From assembly GCA_050950165.1 (NCBI GenBank), contig JBMNHC010000001.1, positions 657,073 through 721,072 of the forward strand: 64,000 nucleotides of DNA. Direction: 5' to 3'. Below the pieces are notes generated by a model that was not told the origin of the DNA, did not search any database, and saw nothing but the letters and a program-made list of their open reading frames with translations. The position numbers and the translations under genes were made by a program. Numbering within the stretch: position 1 is the stretch's first letter; each line of letters starts with the position of its first letter. Origin of the DNA: Candidatus Dojkabacteria bacterium (GTDB taxonomy: Bacteria; Patescibacteriota; Dojkabacteria; SC72). Positions 9,458 to 18,436 of this stretch are shown piece by piece.

Positions 9458-9535
9458 ATTATTTAGAACATAAAATTAGGGGTTTTAAAATAATAGCAGA
9501 TATTCATATAATGTAAAACTACTGTTTGAAAACTT

Positions 9536-11179
9536 TTAACTCTTTGCTACTAAAGCAAATCTCTCTATCATATCCCTATTCATATTCAATGAATTTGGAA
9601 GTTGCTCCCCTATTCTGTCAACCCATCTACCTTCTAAAAGATGAATGTTCTTAATCTCACTTACACTCTCTCCAACACTCATATACAGGTTATCTAGAAT
9701 ATCTCTACCTTCTCTTGCAGATTTTAAAATAGTTTCCTGCATAGATTTACTAACAGAATATTTACCAAAATCACCAATGAATGTATTTGATAAAAATTCT
9801 TTTAAGTATGACGTTGTGATAGAGGTAGTAGGTAATATACCGTCATTAGTCCTTATACCACTTAATACAACTTTCGGTTTAACAGTTCTATCAAAGCCTG
9901 CAGAGAGTCTAAGATAGTCTAAAGTATTACTGTCAATATTTATTGTTTTTAAATATTCCAATACATTATCTACCTTACTCTCAAATGAAAATACCTCTTC
10001 TAGACTACTACCGTTTCTTACTTGTGGATATTTGAATATATCACTAATCTTTCTAGAAATATCGTTATGGATATTTCTCTCTCCTACAATCTCCTTTATA
10101 CCATCCTCTGGAAAAATCCTATCTATATCTTCAGCTGTATACTCCTTCTTAACCTCATACTCTAGATTGTAGTCATACTTAAGGAGATACTTTATCTCAT
10201 TGTACAAAACTATTCCTAATATCGGTTCATCTTTAGCAAACTCTCCAATCCATATTCTAAGATTTCTCCCTATTCTGTTCTGTTCCTTTGTGCTTTGTGT
10301 ATTCATTCTCTCTTTAAGAGCGTTAGCCATCTCTCTAGCTATCTCTGTATGTACTAGCTTCTCAGGCTCATATTGACCAGGGAGAGTGATAACTTCGTTA
10401 GTAGAGAGAACAAAATCATATTTCGATGATTTCATACCCTCTTGGTGTTTTTTCTGACCTAACTCTATTTTATAAAACGAGGAGGTAGAAAATTTGTCTT
10501 CAATGAGAAGTTTTAAAGCCAAAATACTATCAAAAGAGTGCTTCTGAATAGAATGCCCATCATATGATATCCTCTCAGGATTATCTAAATATCTCTGGAA
10601 ATAGTTTTGCATCTTTGATATCTCTCCTCTCTCTTCGGATAGTCTAAGAGCATATTCTAACTTCTTAGAGCGATATATCGGTATTTCAAATCCATTCTCT
10701 TGTAAGATAGGGGTACCATCTGCATATCTATATATCTTTTTTCTTTTTGCATCTGGTCCTTTCTCATACTGTAAGTATCTAGCTTCCTCTTCAGTACTAT
10801 TTATGTGAGAAAGGTCAGGTTTAAGTATTCCATATGATAGATCATTTTTTCTTACAAATATCATATCTCCATCAAATTTAACACCTTTTGTATATCTGAG
10901 GTACTCTTCTGTAACGATAGTGACACCACGAGATCTGTATATGTGTGTATTTACGAGAGCTTTACTAACTTCATTACTATCTATACCCTCTATTCTATTA
11001 ATATCTATACTCTCTGTTTGATATGTTTGGGCTCCTAAAACTAAGGGTAGAGGGAGATTTTCTGAAATAATTTGGTTAAATTGATCAACTTCTAAAGAGT
11101 CAGAGCCAGGTGTTACCAATGATATTGTAGTATCAAGTTTTTCTTCTGTTTGTGTTAAAGAGTCAACATCTACATCCAT
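9536..11179 (-). CDS. Hypothetical protein
   Basis: 547-aa ORF with no recognised motif. Confidence 0.65.
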   Translation of the reverse strand: MDVDVDSLTQTEEKLDTTISLVTPGSDSLEVDQFNQIISENLPLPLVLGAQTYQTESIDINRIEGIDSNEVSKALVNTHIYRSRGVTIVTEEYLRYTKGVKFDGDMIFVRKNDLSYGILKPDLSHINSTEEEARYLQYEKGPDAKRKKIYRYADGTPILQENGFEIPIYRSKKLEYALRLSEERGEISKMQNYFQRYLDNPERISYDGHSIQKHSFDSILALKLLIEDKFSTSSFYKIELGQKKHQEGMKSSKYDFVLSTNEVITLPGQYEPEKLVHTEIAREMANALKERMNTQSTKEQNRIGRNLRIWIGEFAKDEPILGIVLYNEIKYLLKYDYNLEYEVKKEYTAEDIDRIFPEDGIKEIVGERNIHNDISRKISDIFKYPQVRNGSSLEEVFSFESKVDNVLEYLKTINIDSNTLDYLRLSAGFDRTVKPKVVLSGIRTNDGILPTTSITTSYLKEFLSNTFIGDFGKYSVSKSMQETILKSAREGRDILDNLYMSVGESVSEIKNIHLLEGRWVDRIGEQLPNSLNMNRDMIERFALVAKS

Positions 11180-11262
11180 ATTTCATATTAGCAGAACTAA
11201 ATGGATATTAGTAGAAGAAGGTGATATAATACTATGGGTTGAGATCTTTAAAAGGAGGTAAT

Positions 11263-11559
11263 TTGGAAAGATTGGAAAGAATTGTTGTTTGGATTGTGGG
11301 ACACCAATACCTTGGTATTGGTGATGAATTTGGGTTAATATATATAAACTTAACACCAAATGATGTCATAATATCAAGAAAAAGGTGTCCATCTGTTTAT
11401 GAGGAAATAGAAATTCCACAATCTGGACATATTGCTTATGTCATAGGAAGTAAAATTGTGGGACTTCCTCCAAAAACAGATAATATTTGTTTAGTTGTAA
11501 AACATGAGGTATTCTCCTTACTAAAACGAGATGATTTATTATATCTCTCTGGAGAATAA
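11263..11559 (+). CDS. Small protein of the NLTP(H)...GLP...RxDL family (possible ring-nuclease-like protein); orphan unit A
   Basis: Extended -10 TGATATAAT (11222-11230), SD AAGGAGG (11252-11258), TTG start at 11263; motifs INLTPNDV, IVGLP, KRDDLL. Confidence 0.6.
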   Translation: MERLERIVVWIVGHQYLGIGDEFGLIYINLTPNDVIISRKRCPSVYEEIEIPQSGHIAYVIGSKIVGLPPKTDNICLVVKHEVFSLLKRDDLLYLSGE

Positions 11560-11573
11560 AACTCGACCTAATT

Positions 11574-11620
11574 GGTAGGTATCTTAATTTTTAAATAAGA
11601 AGATACCTACCTTTTCTTTT
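11574..11620 (+). terminator. Intrinsic terminator of unit A
   Basis: GGTAGGTATCTT (11574-11585) / AAGATACCTACC (11600-11611), then TTTTCTTTT. Confidence 0.8.
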
Positions 11621-11653
11621 CGTTTCTTCAAAAAAAAACAATTATTTATAAAG

Positions 11654-11716
11654 AAAAAGCCTGAAGATTTATGAGATAGATGGTAGTATTACTACACAAT
11701 AATCCCTACTTCAGGC
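11654..11716 (-). terminator. Long irregular terminator-like hairpin, copy 1 of a repeated element
   Basis: A5-GCCTGAAG...GTAGT/ACTAC...CTTCAGGC; similar to 13741-13806. Confidence 0.6.
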
Positions 11717-11925
11717 AAACTATTCAACTAATATTTACTCTTTAAATCCATATAGACGATATGGGTATGGATCTACACCTGCAATTATATGGATTAATTG
11801 TAGGCTAGGAGAAAGAGTGAATGCTATAGGATAATAAAGTTAGAAAATGGAAAGAAAATATTTTTTAATAACAAATATCATAGAATACAATTATAAGAGA
11901 GACTGTAGGTGTATATTGCATATTT

Positions 11926-12264
11926 CTATGCAATTTTATTCTCTTCTTGTTTTGCAATGGTAAAAAGTAACCCCGATACAAAAGGGGAAATAAAAATTGT
12001 GATAATCATAGCCATAGTTATAGCTATGACTGGTTCCCCTTCGAATAAGAAAGGAATTGAACATAATGAGGCTATAACCAACCCCATGCTATTCCACTTC
12101 TTTTTCAGAAGAACAATCAGGTCTAATACCAAAACGGTAAGACCTATAAAAAAAACAATTAATTGCTTTCCCCCTATGGAGAAATCTGTTGCAAAAGCTT
12201 GCAACATTGTCAGTAGGAGAAAAAAGCCCGCAGTGCGAGCAGAAAAATATAAAGTTTGGTCCAT
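11926..12264 (-). CDS. Small integral membrane protein (3-4 TM); orphan unit B
   Basis: Hydrophobic 112 aa; SD AAGGAG 5 nt before ATG; promoter TTGTAA-17-TATAAT at 12418-12390 (-). Confidence 0.7.
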   Translation of the reverse strand: MDQTLYFSARTAGFFLLLTMLQAFATDFSIGGKQLIVFFIGLTVLVLDLIVLLKKKWNSMGLVIASLCSIPFLFEGEPVIAITMAMIITIFISPFVSGLLFTIAKQEENKIA

Positions 12265-12519
12265 GTTAGCTCCTTTTTTTTAATTACAACAAGAAGAGTT
12301 AAAAGACGATTAAAATCATCTTCTAATCACTTCTTGTATCTATGAAGTTATTTGTTTATTAAAGGGCAATTTAACAGTAATACACTACAATTATACCAAT
12401 TTAACAAAGGGATTACAAGACTATAGGTTTGGTAGGATAACTTAACTCTTTCTATTAGACTCTGATATTTGTTGTATACAATCTTTATGATACAATTTAT
12501 ATGTAACCTATTTATGCTT

Positions 12520-12804
12520 ATGAAAAAGACTGGTATATATATATTAATAATCTCTTTAATATGTTTAATTGGAAGTTTTGTTCTTTTGTTCTTTGAATAT
12601 ACTCACTATTCAGATGCAGATAATAGGCTTGTTATTTTACAAAAAGAAGTAAATAAAAATTCTGATAGATTAAATATTCTTTCTGATGAAATAACGAGAT
12701 TAAAATTAGAAGAAGAAACAATAAGTAGTGAAAAAAATATTCAAATTGAACAGTATAAAAAATGGGTAAGACAGAATCAAATACTAAAAGATTTAATAAA
12801 GTAA
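12520..12804 (+). CDS. Membrane-anchored coiled-coil protein
   Basis: TM helix plus heptad-rich C-terminus; overlaps the deacetylase start. Confidence 0.6.
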   Translation: MKKTGIYILIISLICLIGSFVLLFFEYTHYSDADNRLVILQKEVNKNSDRLNILSDEITRLKLEEETISSEKNIQIEQYKKWVRQNQILKDLIK

Positions 12805-13694
12805 TAATATTTGGTCTCTCATTCTTTTTTCTAATCCTTCTATTAGTTAATCTTGTAATAATTATAAAATTAAATCAATCTAGGAAACAGATAGAATCTG
12901 AAATATATACTACTAAAAATGTATTATCTGAACAAAAGAAAGAATATATTACTAAGTTAGGAGAGAGAAAACTTCTTTTGGAGAATATAGATACCATTAA
13001 GAATGTAGAGAGTTCTCTTGAAGATATTAGAAAAGAGTTTTTTGAAAATGCACAGGAGTATGAAAAGATGGTATCTCAAGGTAAAGGTAGTAAGAAAATT
13101 GCTTATATAACGATAGATGATGGTCCGTATAGCTATACACCTGCTTTTTTAGATGTTCTTGATAAATATGATATATTAGCTACTTTCTTTTTACTTGGAA
13201 AACCTAAAGAAGAATTCGATCCTGTATATAAAAGGATTTATAATAGTGGGCATACTATAGCTAATCATACCTATTCACACGCTATATGGGGTGGTCTCTA
13301 TGCTAGTGTAGATTCTTTTGTTAATGATGTACTAAAACAAGAAAGATTTTTGTATAAAAAGCTTGGAGTTAAAACAAATATTTTAAGATTTCCTGGTGGT
13401 AGTAGTTCAGCTATACCTCCTTTTAGAGCTAAAATAATAGAACGTTTAAGGGCACATAATTATGGATATGTAGATTGGAATGTATCATCTGGTGATGCTG
13501 GTAAGAGTCCTTCAAAAGAAAAGTCGTATAATAATATAATTAATGGATCTAAAAATAAGAATATAATTGTAATATTGATGCATGATTTTAGTAAGGCTTC
13601 ACTATCTGCATTGCCTTCAGTTATTGAGGAGCTTAAAGCAAGGGATTATATATTTTTACCCTTGTTTTATGAAAGTTCTATGATTAGGAAATGA
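12762..13694 (+). CDS. Polysaccharide deacetylase (NodB/CE4), membrane-anchored
   Basis: TIDDGP, IANHTYSH, RFPGG, ILMHD. Confidence 0.9.
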   Translation: MGKTESNTKRFNKVIIFGLSFFFLILLLVNLVIIIKLNQSRKQIESEIYTTKNVLSEQKKEYITKLGERKLLLENIDTIKNVESSLEDIRKEFFENAQEYEKMVSQGKGSKKIAYITIDDGPYSYTPAFLDVLDKYDILATFFLLGKPKEEFDPVYKRIYNSGHTIANHTYSHAIWGGLYASVDSFVNDVLKQERFLYKKLGVKTNILRFPGGSSSAIPPFRAKIIERLRAHNYGYVDWNVSSGDAGKSPSKEKSYNNIINGSKNKNIIVILMHDFSKASLSALPSVIEELKARDYIFLPLFYESSMIRK

Positions 13695-13740
13695 GGAGGG
13701 GTATGGAAGTATAGGATGGGTGGTTAATGGATATATAACA

Positions 13741-13806
13741 AAAAAGCCTGAAAGAAAATAAAAATGAGAAGTAGAATATATCTACCTACTCTAGATTCTA
13801 ACAGGC
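13741..13806 (-). terminator. Long irregular terminator-like hairpin, copy 2
   Basis: A5-GCCTG...GTAGA/TCTAC...CAGGC, 12 nt after the stop of 13819..14133. Confidence 0.6.
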
Positions 13807-13818
13807 CTTCTTGCACTT

Positions 13819-14133
13819 CTAAAGAAATAATTGAATTACCCACCCAAGCCCCAAGATGATTAGGGGATAAAAAATGACATAAACCAAAGATCCCAAAAAT
13901 TTTTCTATTAATTTTTTATTATCATCCTTTTCTTCGTGTCTTTGATATGTCAGGAAATCCACTATAATTGCAATCCCGGTTGCTTGGGGAATGCTTAGTG
14001 GGGGTAATGAGAATATCGGTATTATAAACCATCTCCATAATACCGATAAAACAAATCCGGTAATAACAGCACTTATTACCAGCAGTATCGAGAAAACAAT
14101 TAACCCTAATAAATTCTCTGTTTCTTTTTCCAT
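13819..14133 (-). CDS. Small 3-TM membrane protein; orphan unit C, downstream of tRNA-His
   Basis: Hydrophobic 104 aa; SD AAGGAG at 14148-14143. Confidence 0.7.
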   Translation of the reverse strand: MEKETENLLGLIVFSILLVISAVITGFVLSVLWRWFIIPIFSLPPLSIPQATGIAIIVDFLTYQRHEEKDDNKKLIEKFLGSLVYVIFYPLIILGLGWVIQLFL

Positions 14134-14271
14134 AATAAATAACTCCTTTTCTGTTTTTCTGTTTTTAGCAAATCCAAAATGGATAGCTTTTAAGGTATTA
14201 GATAATTAATACCATAGAAGCTATCCACTCTTTTTAAAAATCAAAAACCAGAAGGGATTACTATGGGTTGG

Positions 14272-14349
14272 TGGGGTGGATGATGGGACTTGAACCCACA
14301 ACCCTCGGTTCCACAAACCGATGCTCTAACCAGTTGAGCTACATCCACC
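14272..14349 (-). tRNA. tRNA-His(GTG) with encoded G-1 and CCA
   Basis: G-GTGGATG...anticodon loop TTGTGGA...TTCAAGT...CATCCAC-C-CCA. Confidence 0.95.
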
Positions 14350-14402
14350 ATAAAATATCTAATATCATTATACCCTACTTTGTATAAGTAGTAAAAGCTA
14401 AT

Positions 14403-15767
14403 TTACTTTTTAAATTCCTTAGCAAAAGAACTCTGTTGTATAATATCTTCCATCTCTTTCTTTTTCATATCTGCCTCTATCCATATATGAGGTGGAGTAT
14501 TAATTCTTTTTGTAAGATACTGTTCAATATCTGCTATCTTTATCTTCTTTCCCTCTTCTACTGCAATATTAGCATTATATATCTCTGCATCTTCAAGTAG
14601 AGAAGAAGCTGCATTCTCTGCTAACTCTTCATTAAATTTCGTACTTCTTGGAAATATGTATGTACTAATTACATCATTAAACCACTCTCTACCCCTCTTA
14701 GACTTAAGAAAAAGGAAAGAAGTAGTATGTAGGAGTGTATATAGCTCTTCAAGCATCTCCGATATCTTAGAAGCCTCTGTAGTGAATCTAAAACCATCCA
14801 TACTAGATCCATATGAGAGATTTTCATTCCTAAATGTAGAGAAATCATATATTAGACTCCTCTTCTCTCTCAATATATCAAAAGTAAGCCATCTAAGTAA
14901 TTGATAATAGATATACTCTATTGCATATCTTCTGTAATCTATCTTTTTATCTAACTTATTAAAATATATGAAAGAAATATTAATACCACTTACTTTCTCT
15001 TCCTTAAAAGTACCTACTCTCCATCTATTCTTAATTAGTACTTCTCTTGGGATATCTGTCTTTCCCTCAGGTATCTGCTTAGTCATCTGCTCAATCTCTC
15101 TCTCTACTCTCTTTTTTAATACTCCCCTACTTTGTATTGCAATTGTACAATTACCTGTATTAAACCTAGAAACAAAATATTTTTCTAAATGATCAATATC
15201 TATCTCTTTAATATCTTTTTCTTCTCCTAATACATCATATGCAAATTCATCCTGTATACCCTTAAAGAGAAACTCTAAACTCATTAAGTAATTATCTTTC
15301 TCTCTCTTTGGCTTTCTACTCTTCTCTGCTAGAATAATGCCTCTCTCTTTCTCTATCTGATTAGCAAATTTCTTTTTAGAAAATGTTAATATACTGCTCA
15401 TTCTCTCTAGTATTCTCATATCTGCTTTCTCATTTGCATGACATGTAAAGTAGATATTCTTTCTTGTTGTATATCCATTTGTATATATTGAAGGTCTCTT
15501 TTTATCTCCCTGTTCAAACCTATCAATTTGTATTTTAGATTTAAATATGGAGTTGGGATTAAGTAACATATGTTCTAGAAAGTGTGCAGTACCGTGAGGT
15601 ACTCTCTCTCTATCTTCAAAACTACAACCTGCTTTAAATATGATAGCGAAATCAAAATCTATTGTAGCAGGGTTATCTAAGTGTAAGATTTTAATACCAT
15701 TATCAGAGATATATTCTCTATATGTAATATTGTTATATTTATTATGAAACTGAGATATTAATTTCAT
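14403..15767 (-). CDS. M16 (insulinase) family zinc peptidase
   Basis: HGTAHFLEHML inverted HxxEH motif. Confidence 0.88.
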   Translation of the reverse strand: MKLISQFHNKYNNITYREYISDNGIKILHLDNPATIDFDFAIIFKAGCSFEDRERVPHGTAHFLEHMLLNPNSIFKSKIQIDRFEQGDKKRPSIYTNGYTTRKNIYFTCHANEKADMRILERMSSILTFSKKKFANQIEKERGIILAEKSRKPKREKDNYLMSLEFLFKGIQDEFAYDVLGEEKDIKEIDIDHLEKYFVSRFNTGNCTIAIQSRGVLKKRVEREIEQMTKQIPEGKTDIPREVLIKNRWRVGTFKEEKVSGINISFIYFNKLDKKIDYRRYAIEYIYYQLLRWLTFDILREKRSLIYDFSTFRNENLSYGSSMDGFRFTTEASKISEMLEELYTLLHTTSFLFLKSKRGREWFNDVISTYIFPRSTKFNEELAENAASSLLEDAEIYNANIAVEEGKKIKIADIEQYLTKRINTPPHIWIEADMKKKEMEDIIQQSSFAKEFKK

Positions 15768-15942
15768 ATCTGTATCTTTAAGCTTATATTACCTGTATTA
15801 TTACATATGAAGATATTTAAAGAAACAGGAGAAAATATTTAATTTCTGCTTATATTATACTAAGAAAAAAGAGTGTATACAATATTGACTCAAAATATGT
15901 TTGGTTGCTAAAATATGCTTATTAAATTAGCAATATGGGGGT

Positions 15943-17754
15943 ATGTCTAAAAAGAAGCCTTTAACATTCAAAGAGTATATCTCTATCTCTGTATGGGCTT
16001 TAAAATTTAACTGGAGTATGTCTCGGTTCATTACAATAGGGATGTTTTTTACAACTATATACAAGAATCTTTCTGGGTTAATAAATATGTATGTTGTAGC
16101 TAAAATAATTGACTCTTTAATTGCGTTAGTAGGGACCGAGAATGCCAACTTTAAAGGTGTATTACCACTGGTTTTTCTTTTAGGGTTAATACAGCTAATT
16201 TCTATAATATCTACTAGTGTAGAAGGCTATGTTAACAGATTAAGAAGGAGACTTTCTCAATCACATCTTGCACAAGCAGAATATGAAAAGATTGCAGAAT
16301 TAGGGGTCCAGACCAATCAATTACCTGATGTAGCTAACAAAAGGCAGATAACACACGATTGGTTACTTAACATTGTAGATGTGAACCAGAATATTGTTAG
16401 AATAGTGGCAGCATTTATACAAAGCGTTGTAGGAGGATTAATAATATTTAATTTTTCCTTTTGGATAGGTCTTGCCGTTGTATTTGTTGCTTTACTTTCT
16501 TACATACGGGGTAGATTTTACTTTAGGAAGGATTTTGATTGGCAAACTTCTGATAAACATATACAGGAAAGGAGAAAGGCTTGGTTTGTTCATTCTAGAC
16601 TTACAGATGCAGAATCTTTAGATGAAATTACTTTAGTTGGTGCATATGGATATTTAGATAGAAAATTTAGAGAATTTTTTAACTATTACAATGAGGGATA
16701 CAAGAGGATATTAAAAGCAGATACTTTTACTAATTTTTTACTGGATTTACTTAATCTTTTTATTGTATTAGGCGGTTCTCTTTATGTATATCTTATGGCA
16801 TTTCAGAAGGTTATCACTATTGGTCAAACATCCTTCTATATCAGTGCAATTAATAACTTTTATGGTGGTATAGGTTGGTTCTCTACAGAATTAGTATTAT
16901 TTGTGGATTTATTAATGAAAGAGAGAGAAGTATATGAATTTTTTCAATTAAAACCCGCTGTAGCAGATGGTAATATTAAAATGGAGAGGTTACTAAAACC
17001 TCCTTCTGTTGAATTTAAAAATGTATCTTTTCACTATCCTAATTCAAAAAGAAATATATTAAAGAATTTCTCTTTAAAGATATCTAGGGGTGAGAAAATT
17101 GCTATCGTAGGAGAGAATGGAGCTGGAAAAACTACATTGGTTAAACTCCTTTGTCGTATATATGATCCTCAAAAAGGAGAGATTTTAGTTAACGGTATTA
17201 ATCTAAAAGAGTTAAGTCTAAATGATTGGTACAAGAATGTAGGAGTTCTTTTTCAAGATTTTAACTTTTACGGTAATCTAACTGTAGAAGAAAATATATA
17301 TATAGGGAAATCTATTAAAGAGATAGATAGGGAAAGAGTTATAGAAGCTGCTAAGAGTGCAGATGCTCATGATTTTATTATGAAGTACGACAAAAAATAT
17401 CAAACTATTATGAATGAAAGATTTGAGGGAGGTATTAATCCAAGTAAAGGACAAAAACAGAAGATTGCAATTGCTAGATTCTTTTATAGAGATGCACCAT
17501 TTGCTATCTTTGATGAGCCTACTAGTGCAATTGATGCAGATGCTGAGTATAGGATATTTAACAAGATATATAATTTCTTTGATAATAAGACAGTAATAAT
17601 TATTTCTCATAGATTCTCTACTGTTAGAAATGCAGATAAAATATTAGTAATAAAGGAGGGGGATATAATTGAAGAGGGATCTCATAAAGAATTAATGGAA
17701 ATGAATAAGGTATATGCAGATAATTTTAGAAAACAAGCAGAGGGGTATAATTAA
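15943..17754 (+). CDS. ABC transporter, fused permease/ATP-binding (exporter type)
   Basis: TM domain, GENGAGKTT, variant signature PSKGQ, FDEPTS, ISHRFS. Confidence 0.92.
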   Translation: MSKKKPLTFKEYISISVWALKFNWSMSRFITIGMFFTTIYKNLSGLINMYVVAKIIDSLIALVGTENANFKGVLPLVFLLGLIQLISIISTSVEGYVNRLRRRLSQSHLAQAEYEKIAELGVQTNQLPDVANKRQITHDWLLNIVDVNQNIVRIVAAFIQSVVGGLIIFNFSFWIGLAVVFVALLSYIRGRFYFRKDFDWQTSDKHIQERRKAWFVHSRLTDAESLDEITLVGAYGYLDRKFREFFNYYNEGYKRILKADTFTNFLLDLLNLFIVLGGSLYVYLMAFQKVITIGQTSFYISAINNFYGGIGWFSTELVLFVDLLMKEREVYEFFQLKPAVADGNIKMERLLKPPSVEFKNVSFHYPNSKRNILKNFSLKISRGEKIAIVGENGAGKTTLVKLLCRIYDPQKGEILVNGINLKELSLNDWYKNVGVLFQDFNFYGNLTVEENIYIGKSIKEIDRERVIEAAKSADAHDFIMKYDKKYQTIMNERFEGGINPSKGQKQKIAIARFFYRDAPFAIFDEPTSAIDADAEYRIFNKIYNFFDNKTVIIISHRFSTVRNADKILVIKEGDIIEEGSHKELMEMNKVYADNFRKQAEGYN

Positions 17755-17877
17755 AACTACTCCTTTTGTTTTTTGTATTAAGATTTCCCTTTATAAGATA
17801 CAGATATTTATAAATATATTTGAAAATTTATTCTCAATTTCATATACTTAAATATATTAAATTGAGAATATAAAAAT

Positions 17878-18426
17878 ATGCTCTGGAGTATTATTCTAGG
17901 TGTCTTAGTAGTTTTAATAATAGCTGTAGTATTTCTCTACAACGGTTTAGTTAAACTAAAGCTAACAGTAGATGAGGCTTCAGCAGATATTGAGACTTTC
18001 TTAAAGCAAAGATATGATATGATTCCTAACCTTGTTGAGATTGTTAAAGGCTATGCTAAACACGAAAAGGAGCTTTTTGAGAATGTTGCACAGTTAAGAA
18101 GTAAGGCTATGAGTGCTGATAGTTTAGATGAAAAGATTGCTCTTGAAGGGGAGCTAACTAAGGGTATTGCAAAAATCTTCGCTATTGCAGAGGCATATCC
18201 AGAGTTAAAAGCAAATGAGAACTTTATACAACTACAAGGTAATCTAAAAGAGTTAGAGGATAATATTCAGAAGTCTAGAAGGTTTTACAACGGTACAGTT
18301 AAAGAGTTTAATACAAAGATTGCAGTATTTCCTAACAACCTACTTGCTGGTATTTTAGGTTTTAAGAAATTGGCATTTTTTGAAGCTAGTGAGGAAGAGA
18401 AGAAGAATGTAGAGATTAAGTTTTAA
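17878..18426 (+). CDS. lemA: LemA family protein
   Basis: RYDMIPNLV, EAYPELKANENF, FPNNLLA. Confidence 0.92.
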   Translation: MLWSIILGVLVVLIIAVVFLYNGLVKLKLTVDEASADIETFLKQRYDMIPNLVEIVKGYAKHEKELFENVAQLRSKAMSADSLDEKIALEGELTKGIAKIFAIAEAYPELKANENFIQLQGNLKELEDNIQKSRRFYNGTVKEFNTKIAVFPNNLLAGILGFKKLAFFEASEEEKKNVEIKF

Positions 18427-18436
18427 CTCTATCTCA

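Noticed and set aside
11735-11881. Minus-strand small ORF MIFVIKK...GFKE
   Set aside because: Has an in-frame TAA and no SD; treated as structured non-coding sequence instead
11909-12283. + strand 124-aa ORF
   Set aside because: Antisense shadow of unit B, which has the promoter and SD
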